DNA of 63,991 bases, filler included, from Collodictyon triciliatum (taxonomy: Eukaryota), in the NCBI GenBank assembly GCA_043381765.1. It is 16 parts of 16 records of this genome, joined end to end, with 100 filler letters (N's around TTAATTAATTAA, not from the genome) between each part and the next. Parts side by side here need not be neighbours in the genome. Positions count along the whole stretch, not along the records: positions 12,162 to 16,109 come from JBHJMP010006676.1; positions 16,210 to 20,157 come from JBHJMP010006677.1; positions 20,258 to 24,204 come from JBHJMP010006680.1; positions 24,305 to 28,250 come from JBHJMP010006681.1; 12 more parts are not named here. One strand, written 5' to 3'. This document shows positions 12,162 through 24,411 of this stretch, piece after piece; position 1 is the first letter of the stretch, and every line of letters begins with the position of its first letter. The translations under genes and the position numbers were made by a program. Under the pieces are notes generated by a model. That model made no database searches and had not been told where the DNA came from. It saw nothing but the letters and a program-made list of their open reading frames with translations.

Positions 12162-14542
12162 AAAAACAAGTGCAAAACTCGAGTGTCCCGTTTGTAGAGT
12201 CGAATTCGCTGCTTCTTCGGAGGAAAATCCACATCCAAACTCAGTCTATCACGACCAACTCGTATCATTAAGAGGACTGAAAAGAAAGAAGCAAGAGTGC
12301 ACAGATTGCACAAACGAGCCATCTCTGGTTTGTAAGGAGAACTGCGGGTTACTTTGTGAGGAATGCCACGAAAAGCATCACTCCAAGAGAAAGCAGACCA
12401 TGAATCATGATGTCAAGTAATGTCTTCTTTCGCTCCTTTTTTTTTAATTTCATTTCTCTTACTTGTTTCGTCAGTATTTAATTTTACGAAAAATGTATAA
12501 ATTACACCTACTTTCATATCATGTTTGACGATATTTCCCCCGTAAAAGCACACTGCTTGAGGCCAGAGCAAAACATGTCGTAAATATGCGCGAATGCATT
12601 CTGCACAAGTTTCCCATCGTTTCCATCTGCAAGCAATGCTGGCCCGTCGTTGAAATGTGTGATAGATGTGGTTTTCAAGATGTAAAAATCACCAAAACGC
12701 ACGAATATATCGAAGTTGAGAATATAGATTATGATGCTATCAAGGAGGACGACTTGATTGGGGAGGTGGAAAGGAAAATCAAAGCGATGGCTGAAATCAA
12801 GTCAAAAGTCGAGAGCGAGATGAAAAAGGTTTTCTCATGAAATGCTCATGATATATGTGTTTCTTTTCTTTTTATTTTCTTAAATATTCAACTCCTTAGA
12901 TTGATGATGAGGAGCGAGACCAAAATGCAAAGATTGACAACTCGTACGATGATATTGTGCAGAAAGCAGCACAATTGAAGGAGAAGCTGAAAGAAACTGT
13001 AATAATTCCTCTTGTCATCATTATTGTCCGATATTGACAATGTAAATTGGTTTTTTGTGCGATTATTTCGATAATTTTTTAAAGATGAAGAATACGATAA
13101 TGAGATGTCGAATTTAGGTGAAAGGTACACTACAACTAAGAAATGAGATATTGAAGTACATACAGCATCGAATGGCGGCATCCAATAACATTCTAAGGCA
13201 CTCCATAGTTATGCTCAGAGAGTCCAAGGAGATATACGAGCGCGACAGACTTGTGACAAAACTTTTCAAGAGCGCCATGTTTGCTCGCACAGCTTTGCAG
13301 ATAGACATAGAAGAAGTCGGTAATATGGATGTGGAGCAGTTGCAAGCAAGCATCGAGATTGGCGGCAACGTTGTGATAGGAGAAGGCGGGGCGCATGTGC
13401 TGAAGGAAATCCACGCAAAGTGTGAGTCGGCCTTGGAAGAGCTGCGAAGAGAAAACGCCGAGTGGCAGAGACGCATGGACGAGACAGACAAGCACATGAA
13501 AGAGTTGGAGAGCGAGGTACAGAAGTATCGCGCAATGAAGGAACGAATTGCAAAGATGAAGCAAGAGAAGATGAAAGCAGAAGAGGAGATGAAGAAGAGA
13601 ATGGGCATGGACTTGTATCAGAAGCCGTGGAAATACAACATCAAAGACTATGTATTTCAGAATAAACTTGGAATATATGGAGGTGGGGCCCAACAGTTTC
13701 ATTATCCATGGGGAGTCGCAGCTCATCCAAAGACAAATCAGATATTCGTAGTTGATCGCAGTAACCATCGAGTTCAAGTACTGAATGAGGATTTGAGCTT
13801 TTCCTGCACGTTTGGCACGAATGGCTCAGGCCCAAGTCAATTAAGCTTTCCAATCGGAATCGCCATTTCGCATGATGGATGCATCGCTGTTTGTGATTTT
13901 GATAATCACCGTGTGCAAATCTTTGATGATAACTTCAAGATGATTGAGACAATCCAATCGGGTCGCAAAAGAAGCGCACAAAGCACAGAATCCAGTGACT
14001 TTGGCGGTTTCTCCAGTCCGTATAATGCATGCTTTGATAGTGAAGGCAATCTTTATGTCACTAACTTCAGCATGAATCAAGTGGACAAGTTCAACCGTGT
14101 GTTTGAGTACGAACGCTCGTTTGCGAGAGCATCCTCTGGTGATGAAGGAATCGCTTATCCGGAGGGCATTTGCGTAACTGCAAAGAGCGAAGTGTGTGTG
14201 GTTGGACACGAGGGAGACAAAATCAACATTTATGATGTGATGGGGAGATTTCTGCGCGCTGTCAGAATCGATAAAGTGTCGGGTCATGTTTCGATTGCAG
14301 AAGGTCCGAACAACACAATTGTGGTGAGTGAACACGGATATCATCACATCCGCGTTTATGACACGACAAAAGACAATGTCGTTGTTCACACGTTCGGCAC
14401 ATCGTCGCAGTCTTCATCAGATGATGGACACTTTTACAGTCCGATGGGAGTCTGCTTTGGACCGAATCAGAAACTCTATGTTTGCGACTTCAGTAATCAC
14501 CGCATCCAAATGTTTGGCAAAGGGGAATTAGAATGCGATTGA
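12162..14542 (+). CDS. TRIM-NHL-like protein (RING end, B-boxes, coiled coil, NHL repeats); 5' truncated
   Basis: LECPVCRV (RING C-terminus); CTDC...CKENCGLLCEECHEKHH...NHDV (B-box); CILH...CKQC...CDRC...H (second B-box); a coiled coil; NHL repeats FHYPWGVA...VVDRSNHRVQV, FPIGIAI...CDFDNHRVQIF and FYSPMGVCF...CDFSNHRIQMF. Confidence 0.88.
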
Positions 14543-15296
14543 AAAGAATGACAGAGAAATTTTTTTTCTATCAGGATGAAAAGGCAGAGTGAGAATAATA
14601 TGATTGAATAAAAACAAATCGCATTATGCCGCAATAGTTTGGAATGGAGTCGTATGCGAAATTCATTTAATAAATATGATGCTAAAAAATCTCAGGTTTT
14701 GTTTATTTGTTTTGTTTATTCGTTTCTTTGCGACGATGTCAAAATCAAGGCCGGATTTTTTGATGTATTTTTTTTACTAAACAATGAATAAATGCGGAGT
14801 ACACACAGAGGGAGACAGACTTACGGGGAGGAAAAAAAAACACAATAATTAAGAAAAAATCTCTTTTGCTGAGAAATAAACGCACTGGCAGAGAAAAAGG
14901 GCGCAATCTCCAGAAAATAATTTTATTGCACTGGTGTTCTTTCCTTCTTCCCCCAACCCACCACATTCTAAAGCCGAAAAAACAAAAACAAAAACAAAAA
15001 CATAAACAAAAACAAAAACAAAAACAAAAACAAAAACAAAAACAAAAACAAAAACAAAAACAAAAACAAAAACAAAAACAAAAACAAAAACAAAAACAAA
15101 ACAAGCAAGCAAGCAAGCAAGCGATCGGAAAGAGCGATCCCGAGAAGGACGATACCGCCTCCAGGAGACCGGACGCAAACCGAAAAGGTCTCTTCACCAC
15201 ATCCTTCACAACACAGTTTATGCACCGAGACACACCGACAATCAAGACGCCAGCTACCACCGACCCGTGAGTACAACAACCTATGAATAAGACCAA

Positions 15297-15972
15297 ATGA
15301 GCTCTTTGATACGAATATTAAAGGGCAATACAAAAGACGACTTCAGCTCTAGCCATCGACTCACGGGTAGCAAGATGTGCATAGCAACAGATTTACAAAG
15401 TGCGATTTCTTTTGATCCCCTGACTTTTGAAGAGAATCGGCGGTTTGAGACATCAAGAGTATCTTTCATCGATTTAGAGACAGAACTGAGTAAACAACAT
15501 TCATGCACGGTCGATTGTGAACAATATCGAGAATGTGTATCAATGAAATCAAGATACCAGATAGAATTATCCAGATTTTATGAACACGTTACTTTTCGAA
15601 AGATGAGATGGAGAGAGTATGTTAATAAAAAAAGAAATGGACAATTGTTTATGGACCGAATCGAAAATACATTTGGCAAGGATGTTGTACTGGCGTATGA
15701 AGACTGAAGCAGAAAATGTCGGATGAACCATTTTATGGCAACAATCGAAAGACGATTACGAAAAATACTATCCAGACGTTTTGAACAAGTGAGTGTAAAT
15801 GAATTTAGAACCTCCAAGATGTGCTACAACTGCGAAAAAGAACTGGAATATATAACACAGAAAGGAAACTCAAAAAAAAAAAAAGGTGTATAGATACCTC
15901 AAATGTAAATAATGCAATCGCTCAGAAAGCAAATGAACTGTATTCTTGACAAGGGACTTTAACAGCGCTTAA
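15297..15972 (+). pseudogene. Fanzor1 (eukaryotic TnpB-family RuvC nuclease) remnant
   Basis: RRFET...ETELSKQHSCTVD...FYEHVTFRKMRWREYVN...FGKDVVLAYED*S (=YGDWS), then MNHFMAT...LRK...VNEFRTSKMCYNC (RuvC-II plus Zn finger), a frameshift in a poly-A run, and VYRYLKCK*CNRSESK*TVFLTRDFNSA (RuvC-III RDxNxA). It carries several stop codons. Confidence 0.88.
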
Positions 15973-15983
15973 AAACAGCCCTT

Positions 15984-16061
15984 TGGTTTTACACAAAAAC
16001 CACACGTATGGCAACCAAGCCGAGCTCAGGTGCGGTGAGCGCAAGCGAAACGCACAAGAGC
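15984..16061 (+). other. Stem-loops just downstream of Fanzor (candidate omegaRNA scaffold or element right end)
   Basis: A TGGTTTT/AAAACCA hairpin, and GCTC..GTGCG-GTGA-GC(GCAA)GC-GAAA-CGCAC..GAGC nested stems at 16024-16061. Confidence 0.4.
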
Positions 16062-16299
16062 GAGGTGCCTCAACTTGACGACGAGAATGTGGTCTACGAG
16101 CACTACCGGNNNNNNNNNNNNNNNNNNNNNNNNNNNNNNNNNNNNNNNNNNNNTTAATTAATTAANNNNNNNNNNNNNNNNNNNNNNNNNNNNNNNNNNN
16201 NNNNNNNNNTCTTTTCTTTTCTTTTCTTTTCTTTTCTTTTCTTTTCTTTTCTTTTCTTTTCTTTTCTTTTCTTTTCTTTTCTTTTCTTTTCTTTTCTTT

Positions 16300-19200
16300 T
16301 CTTTTACTCCTTGATTTTAATTTGGCAAAAAAGACAAACCGATGAGAAATAGAGTCCCAGTCAAATACGTTATCCATGCTAGGGAGTGTATTGAAGTCGA
16401 AGCCAGCCAAGATTATTGGAAATCCAGACGAATTTAGGCTTACTGAGTTGCTTACAGAAGAGACGTCGACATTGCCCATGCATTTATTGACAGGGCCCGG
16501 CTGACAAGGATCGAGTGGTCCCCTATTTGCTGGTGACAGGGCAGGAGCATTCTGTTTTTGCATCACTGAAGTTGATCCATCGCTCCGAGCCACAGCACAC
16601 CCCACAGCTTGAGGTTGATGGACAACTGGTTTGCTCGGCATATGAAGAGCTCACGTCGTTCCCTCCTTCAATAGACCGCAATCGGACAGAAAGGCTGGAG
16701 CCTTCCTTTTTAAAAAAAAGGGGTTGATACCAGAATAACTTTTGTTTGTTTGTTTGTTTGTTTGTTTGTTTGTTTGTTTGTTTGTTTGTTTGTTTGTCTG
16801 CTTGTATGTTTGCTTTGTTTCTTTGCTTTGTTTTTGTTAGTTGTTTTGTTTGTTTAACAGTCAAGTCGCAGGTACCTCGTTTTTTTTATGATCGTGTGAT
16901 GCGATGACTGAAAAGAGTTCGTCGCGCAGGCAAAACAAAGAAAATATGTTATCATCAGGGAACGAGAGCGTTTTCCTTTGATGGAAATGGAGTCTGTTAC
17001 TTTATACGGAAAGGGTGCGATGCAAGGGAAGAGACGAGATGTAGATGAATTACGACTTGCTGAGTTCACACAGCGATGCAAAGATAAGAAGCGCGGATAT
17101 AAAGCATGAAAACTGGCCCGAACACGAAAGTGTTCCTTCTCAATCAATGAGGTCGATGCCAGGAAAGTTCTTCAAACGCATAGACGATGAGCGCCCCTTC
17201 ACTGGAGATGCCAAGGAGTGCCTTTGATACAATAATTGAGCATTTTGTAAAAAGGAAATACATTTGTCCACGGCGTTATTGTGATTGAAAAAAATGGAGA
17301 AATAGAAAGGTAAAAAAGCAAACGTGGGTTCCTCTGCAGTGACCATGGCGCGAATTGTCCTTCGAATAGCCTCGTTTTCCAACTCAATTTCTCCGATACG
17401 CAAAATGAGCTGCTCTATCGTGTCCTGTTTTTCTGTGTTTCATAATGGAATCAGCTTTCTGTTCAGAAAAGGGGACTCACTGGGTTAATAACACGGAATA
17501 AATTGTGTGGTGATGCCCTGAGTAACGTGCATCCAGAACAGAACACGATTTACCTTCTTTTTTTTTAAGGCGTAAAAAGCAAATCAAAAGAAAGAAACAC
17601 AGGAATATAGTTTTTTTTTTCCCCTTGCAATACTAAGTTTGTGTCGGATTGCTAACCTTGAGATTCTTTCTTTACAAATTCCAAAACCTCGATGAGGCGC
17701 TCGTTCTCATTCACGAGCAAATCAAGCTCCAGCCCCTTCTTTCCTATTTCCTCCTGACTGTTTGCCAGCTCTTTCATAGTCATCCTATTTCAGTTGATTT
17801 ATTTAAGATTGCGACATAACCTTGCGTGAATTCATCAAAGAGAGCCGGTTTGCAAAGGAGACGAAAAAAATATTCAAACTTAAGCTGCGCTGATATCTCC
17901 TTCAAGTCGGGTAGATCATCCTTGTTTGCATTTTGCTGGGATAATTCTTTCTTGTGTGATGCTAGCTTCAGCTCCAGCTCCCGAACTTTGGAGGCCATGA
18001 CGCCCTGAGGAAAAAGCATGTTAGATGAATGCGCGTAAGATTTGGACACTAAATTCTTTTATGTTTACCATAGCAAATACATGACTCAACGCTGTTTCTA
18101 TTGAAAGAAAATCAAGATGGATTTGTCTTGAGGACAGCATAGGAATCAACCTTTTCTCGACAGCTCTCTTCAAGCGCCAACCGCAGTTGCTCGATTACAA
18201 TGTGGTCGGTGAATGTCGCGTTCGCCTCCACTGGTCCAGGGATGACATACAGATGTGTAAGTAGGTGCATGAAATATTCAAAACAAATAAAAGAAGACCA
18301 AAATGTTCATCTCACAAAGAACCTAGTGAACTGGTGTTTTTTTTTTTTTAATACTTTAATGTATGGGCATGTGTGGCTACCTGGCTGAATGACAGGTGAT
18401 GGATTCGAGCTGGATGCCTTAAAAATATATCTACTGAAGGCAGATGAAGAAGTGCTGTGCAATACCGGCGTCAGACTTCCACTGGATATCGACGTTGATG
18501 TTGAGCGCAATGTAGATGCCTCGTCTTGCGTCTGAGCAGCATCAGATTTTGCTTCCAATGTTGAAATAGGAGAGTCATTCGATCGATTTTCATGAGCCAT
18601 GGAGTAAGCCTGTACATATTTAAAAGATGCCCCGTCATATCCTGAACAGAGAAAATACTAAAAGTTTAAAAAAAAAATAGGTCTGGTATGGTAGTTGGTG
18701 GTGGATAGATTTTAGTTTTCTCACATCATCGGGAGTTTCAGATAACTTGTAAAGCGTTTCGTTCGTATCAAGATACCTCTTTAGTCCATCGCGGGGTAAA
18801 GGCTGTTCAGGTTTATAACATAAGAGTAGAGTATATGACAGTATTACAAGATTCATTGGGTCAATCGGTCTAATCAAAATGATGTTGATTACGAGAACCA
18901 TGATACCAATACGCAGAATACACTATACCGGCGAAAACAGAGAAACTGTTGCTGACAAAGCCTTTTTTGACACTAGATCAAGCATAACTGTGGCCTCACG
19001 AAGTGCATAGTCAGAAAGACACTTCTCCATTTCACCTGAATTTTTTATTCATGGCTCATTAAATCAAATGTTATCTGAAATGAAAGATTAATAAAACATG
19101 AAAACAGCTTGTTTCAAGTCTAGAATAACGTGGGAAAAAATTACATACACTTCATCACGTAATCGCTGCATGTAAACTCGCATAGGATACCTATTGTGAT

Positions 19201-19950
19201 TATACTTTTCGGTCCCTGTGTAAATTAAAGGTGAGGTTTAGGAGAGAGAAGGGCATTTCATGTACCGGTAAAATTTTATGTGGATTGTCAACCAAGAAAA
19301 CAAGAAAAAAAACTATGGATTCAAAATGTTTATGATATGATCGGATTTTCAATATATTGAATGAGGTGGAGAGCGGGACAAACTAGAGAATTGATAAGTG
19401 TCTTCATGTGAATGGAAGCCTCTTCAGAAAATCGATCCTGAAATCGTAATTGTGAGCGTATCGAGCATTTCCTATTTAAATGCCCTTATATTATTCTGTG
19501 AAGCGAGATTATTCATTTATTGTATATAATCATAAATACCTCTAGTAAATTAAATTTATATAAGATCGTGACATCTTACTCCCCTTGTACAGCGTATTTC
19601 TGTCTCTCGTTAACCCGAATTTCAAGTGAAGGTCTCTCTTTAATTAGATTATGTTTTGATGAAAAAAATTCAGTACTATTTTTTGACAAAGGCAAAGAAT
19701 GTACGAGTTTTTCTTCGAGTTTTGGATCAACTAGAAAGTTTACATGTAATATGGTGATATTATTGAGCGATGATATGTCTTTTACTACAAGAAATTTATC
19801 AAATAGACCCAGGAATAGAGCCTTCGATAATTCACTGGATACATGGATTTGTGCAGTGAACTCATTTGTTCGCTCGTTCTGTGGGTCCCACATCCTCACA
19901 AGAACATCTGCAGGACCATTGGGATTAACATCGGCATGTATAGCACTGCA
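16300..19950 (-). CDS. Uncharacterised multi-exon coiled-coil protein (boundaries approximate)
   Basis: A series of minus-strand exon-like frames, e.g. MASKVRELELKLASHKKELSQQ, LELDLLVNENERLIEVLEFVKKESQ and IEQLILRIGEIELENEAIRRTI, separated by GT-AG introns. No family recognised. Confidence 0.6.
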
Positions 19951-20000
19951 TTATGGTAAACAAAACGCCATGGGAATTTATGTATTTTGTTTTGTTTATT

Positions 20001-20021
20001 TTTCCTCTATTCGTTTCAAAG
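20001..20021 (+). repeat. Micro-element copy 3 (2 mismatches), with a 9-bp flanking duplication
   Basis: TTGTTTATT (19992-20000), then TTTCCTCTATTCGTTTCAAAG, then TTGCTTATT (20022-20030). Confidence 0.7.
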
Positions 20022-20664
20022 TTGCTTATTCATTTGATGATTTCATTTCTCTTTCTCTTTTTCTTTTTCTTTTTCTTTTTCTTTTTCTTTTTCTTTTTCT
20101 TTTTCTTTTTCTTTTTCTTTTTCTTTTTCTTTTTCTTTTTCTTTTTCTTTTTCTTTTNNNNNNNNNNNNNNNNNNNNNNNNNNNNNNNNNNNNNNNNNNN
20201 NTTAATTAATTAANNNNNNNNNNNNNNNNNNNNNNNNNNNNNNNNNNNNNNNNNNNNAAAAACAAAAACAAAAACAAAAACAAAAACAAAAACAAAAACA
20301 AAAACAAAAACAAAAACAAAAACAAAAACAAAAACAAAAACAAAAACAAAAACAAGTGTCACCCAATCCAGCGCCGCTGCAACATTCAGTCAGAAAATCT
20401 TTTTTTGGAAGAAGGCAGTATATAATGAGCCAGCGAGTAAGCCACTGCCACACAGACGCGCAGCCAAAATGGTTTGAAGAGCGTGTTTTTTTTTTCTATG
20501 TTTTTTTCTCAGCTCACTTTCGCTCGGGCAGTTTTTTTTGCGTGTTGCGTGTATGTGTTTTTGAGTGCGCTCGACAGTGTTTGCAAGGGTGTCTTTGCGT
20601 GTTTCTTGGGGAAACTGCGCGGGTGAATGTGCATAACAAAGTCGATGTTGCTGTGACAGCCACG

Positions 20665-22358
20665 ATGGGCAAATCTGCAACCACGCTGGCCCTGCAGTCC
20701 TTCTGCTTCCTGTCTTCCATGCTCCTAGTGGGCTCTTTCCTCCGCGCAAGGATTCGCCTGTTCTCGCGGCTCTACCTCCCCATCTCGGTCATTTCGGGAT
20801 TTGTGGGTCTCATCATCCTCCAAGCTGTAGACACGCACCATCCTGGCGGGTTGGAAGAGTGGACTGTTGGCTGGTTTGTTGTTGCCTCTGACTCGTCTGT
20901 TCCCTTCCGCCTCTGTTCTGGGGGTCGCAAACATTTTGCTTTACTTTCCTGGCTCTATTTTCTCCATTATCCAACTAAAGCCGTATTGCACTAATTAATG
21001 ATTGTCCAAAAGATACCTCCTCCATGCTATCGATTCCAAGTGATCCAATCGACTTTTTGAATGCACTTGTTGCCTGACTTTTTTTTCTATTTCTTTCTCG
21101 TTTCTTTTTTTTTTTTATTCCTTTTCTATTTTTCCTGCTCTGTTTTTCCCTTCAGGAGTGAAATATCTGGATTTCTTATCAACATCGTGTTCGCCTCTCT
21201 TTTTCTTGGAGTCGAGACACCTTCTCCAAAGGTTGTTTGGGAAATTGCTGCCGCTCAGTTTTGCTACGGACTAGTTGTCAGCTGGGGCCAATATGTTCTT
21301 GGTAAGTATTTGTTGCGAAGAAAAAGAAATAGTGTCTTAAACGGTTGTTATCTCATATATTCATGGGGTATCTTAACACATTATTTTCCTCGTTCAGAAT
21401 GTGGCGAATACGCAATTCTATCTATTTTCTTCCTTAATGTACCCCTTTCACCAGTCTAAAATATATGATTTTAGCCGCATGATAAATATAGGATAATATT
21501 TGCCTGGTTGGTCTATATTAACAATCGCCCTTTTAATTCAATTCAAAAAAGGTCTAGGTATTGGTTACTTTGTGTTGATGCCACTATTCAATGTAAACAG
21601 ATTTTTTGGAGTTATACTTCCTGTTGGTTTTGAAGGGGGACATGGAACCGCTGCCGCGTTGGGCGAGGTATGTCATACGATGAGTACCTTGAATGTGATC
21701 TTCAATTTCATCACATTTTTTCTCGGTGCTACAATCCAAAAGATTTCTGCCAGCACTGAATAAAACATTCATTTTTTTTTTTTAAAAAAAAAACTTTTCC
21801 ATCTTGGTTCCAGGTAATGGACGAGTTTGGCTTTGAAGATGGCGAATCCTTAAGTCTGGCATCCGCAACGTTTGGTTTGGTGGGCGGTATCATTTTAGGC
21901 ATGTTGTTCGTTAACCTGGCTATTCGAAAAAATTGGCTCAGGCACGTCCCATCAGAGGTTGAGGTGGATGTAGAGCTGAAGGGAGATGAACCCCGCATGA
22001 ATGTATTGTGATGAATCATCAAGAGTATTTTAAGCATGATATTTGCATTTATTTACAAATTTAAGTTAAAAAAGTAAGTACGCAAATATTTAAGGAAACA
22101 CATAAGCTTTTCAGAAAGCAATCAATTAATCGTTCAACTACCATTCAACTAAAGGAGGTGCATACATACAACAGCGAGTCGGCCGATTTACCGCATTCAG
22201 GCAGCGAACAAGGCGATGTGCGAGACAGTATATTTCTGACGGTAATAGATGCGAATTTTACCTTACAACATTTCTTGATTGCTAAACAAAAATTTCTCTG
22301 AACAAAAGGATTTAGAAGGGAAGATAGGGTCCTTATATTTTTTATGACTTTTTCTCCT

Positions 22359-22397
<39 letters not shown>

Positions 22398-23885
22398 CAT
22401 AACAGACCTACGGCTGGGGAGCAGTCAATATCACAGGATATCATGGACAGGTTTATTCTCATACATGCATAGTGAGTTATTGTAGTAAGTGATACAATTG
22501 GAGGAATCCAGGGATATCCATACACGCCATCCAACAAATTTATCAACCTGACCTGAACAATTAGTTTGACCTTGCATTTAATGGCCATCGCTATGGCAGT
22601 ATTTTTTGGTCTTGCTTGCAAAGAAATCCTGGTGGCTATAGAAAACTCTTCCGATTTTTTGATGGTAATATCTTCACACATATGTTCGATGTCTTTTTAA
22701 ATCTGTTGCAACGATTCCATGGCTCTGATGTCGCCTCAACTGCAGCCATTTAATCATTAATATTTTAGAAATATAAATTTCTCAGTGGATTTCCCTTATT
22801 CCCCTTTGCCATGCTCGGAGGAATATTCGTTCAGTACGCTATATCAAATACTACATCCGAACGCCCATGTATAACTTCGAATATATGAAATTAAGCCTTA
22901 TATTCGTGTTTATTACTTTTAAAGTTTGGAGAAGGATCATGAAGATAAAATTATCGTACTCTCTTTTACTTGTCGAATCATGTACCATTCTTTCATTCAC
23001 TGAGATTGAAAAAAAAGAACAAGAAACGATAATGCAAATTGAGATACTTCTATAAAGTATTTTTCGGTTTTTACTGTGAATAACGAGATTAATACCATAG
23101 TGAACTCGTTATTGGTAAATCGTATATCCGGAGCCTCTTTAGATTATCTGGTTGTTGGGGCCATATCATCGATGAATGTCGCCACAGTGTGGAAAAACAT
23201 CGGCCCATTCGCAATATTAATGGTCGTCGGAGTCATATGGCACATCGTGTGTCTTTTGTATGTATGTCCCAGAATGGTGCCCGACTTTTGGTTCGAAAGG
23301 GCTATTGCTGAGCTTGGTCAAGTTTGTCGTATTCTCGACTCACCTAGCATCATAATTCTTTTATTATAACAATCTTAGCTGCCTAGCATCATATATTAAT
23401 CATGTGCTTTTAAAACTTTGCAATACTTTAAAATATAACAAAAAAAATACTTGATTTTATGAGCTATAGACTAGTTCCATGGGTGTCACACGCTAAACAT
23501 ACATTTTTCAAAGGGCATGGGTGTCACTGCAACTGGGCTTTTGCTTCTTCGCACGGTCGATCCGGAGAATCAAACACCAGTTCTGAAGGCCTTCTCCTAC
23601 ACTCAGGTACAATCTAATATATACATTCGTCCCATTACGAGGACACAGTAGCGAAGGATGCGCACCTGGGCTGACCACAGCGTAACCGACTGTCACTTTA
23701 CCCAGCTCCTCTTCGAACCGATTCTTGGAGGGGGACTGTGGACTGCGTGTGTTGTTCCGTTGATGGGCGCAGCAGGAGTGGTCGCTGTATTTGTCACGAG
23801 CACCGTGGCGATGCTGTTGTCGCTGCTTCTGTGGTATTGCACAGTCCGCAAGAATATCCGCCGCACACAATACCGACTCTTTTAA
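20665..23885 (+). CDS. gltS: Sodium/glutamate symporter (GltS/ESS family), intron-containing
   Basis: LRARIRLFSRLYLPISVISGFVGL, GFLINIVFASLFLG, WGQY, PVGFEGGHGTAAA, LSLASATFGLVGGIILG, RISGASLDYLVVGAISS, FWFERAIAELGQ-GMGVTATGLLLLRTVDP and QLLFEPILGGGL. The gene is split by multiple GT-AG introns. Confidence 0.92.
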
Positions 23886-24411
23886 GCCAGGCGGCGGGCC
23901 GACAACGTTTGCTTGACTGATGAGTTGGCTGTTGCAGCCTCCAATGAGCTGTGTGATGGCTGAAATGCACGCTGTGATGAATCTTGTCTTCTGTGCACTG
24001 AGTATGGCGGCGCGCCGTTGTGCCCTCTGAAGTCTATTAAACCGCAACCCACGACGAAACTCGGACAAAGCCTGCGCGCTAGGAATGCCAAGGAAACAAA
24101 AGAAAGTTGTTGGCAGAGCAAAAATCCCGATTTTATTTGGGCAGCTTCGTCGAAAAAAAAAAAGGAAAAAGGAAAAAGGAAAAAAAAAAAAAAAAAAAGA
24201 AAAANNNNNNNNNNNNNNNNNNNNNNNNNNNNNNNNNNNNNNNNNNNNTTAATTAATTAANNNNNNNNNNNNNNNNNNNNNNNNNNNNNNNNNNNNNNNN
24301 NNNNGGGGGGGGGGGATGGAAGAGGGATGGGGTTGCGTATGTATCAGAAATATGGTATTTAGTAATTCGATGTAAAATGGTGAGTTTTGTTGAACTCTTC
24401 ATATGGTATTT

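Noticed and set aside
14745-15333. ORFs of poly-FC/FV/KQ and similar low-complexity ORFs throughout the window (including ORFs running into X)
   Set aside because: They are translations of microsatellites or N spacers, not proteins.
15705-15707. TGA at a conserved Trp position, suggesting an alternative genetic code
   Set aside because: The same gene also has TAA stops and a frameshift, and intact genes use TGG for Trp and end in TAA, TAG or TGA. This is decay, not recoding.
16030-16055. Hammerhead-ribozyme-like TGA-GCGCAAGC-GAAAC
   Set aside because: It lacks the CUGANGA core and a stem I/cleavage triplet. Kept only as a generic hairpin.
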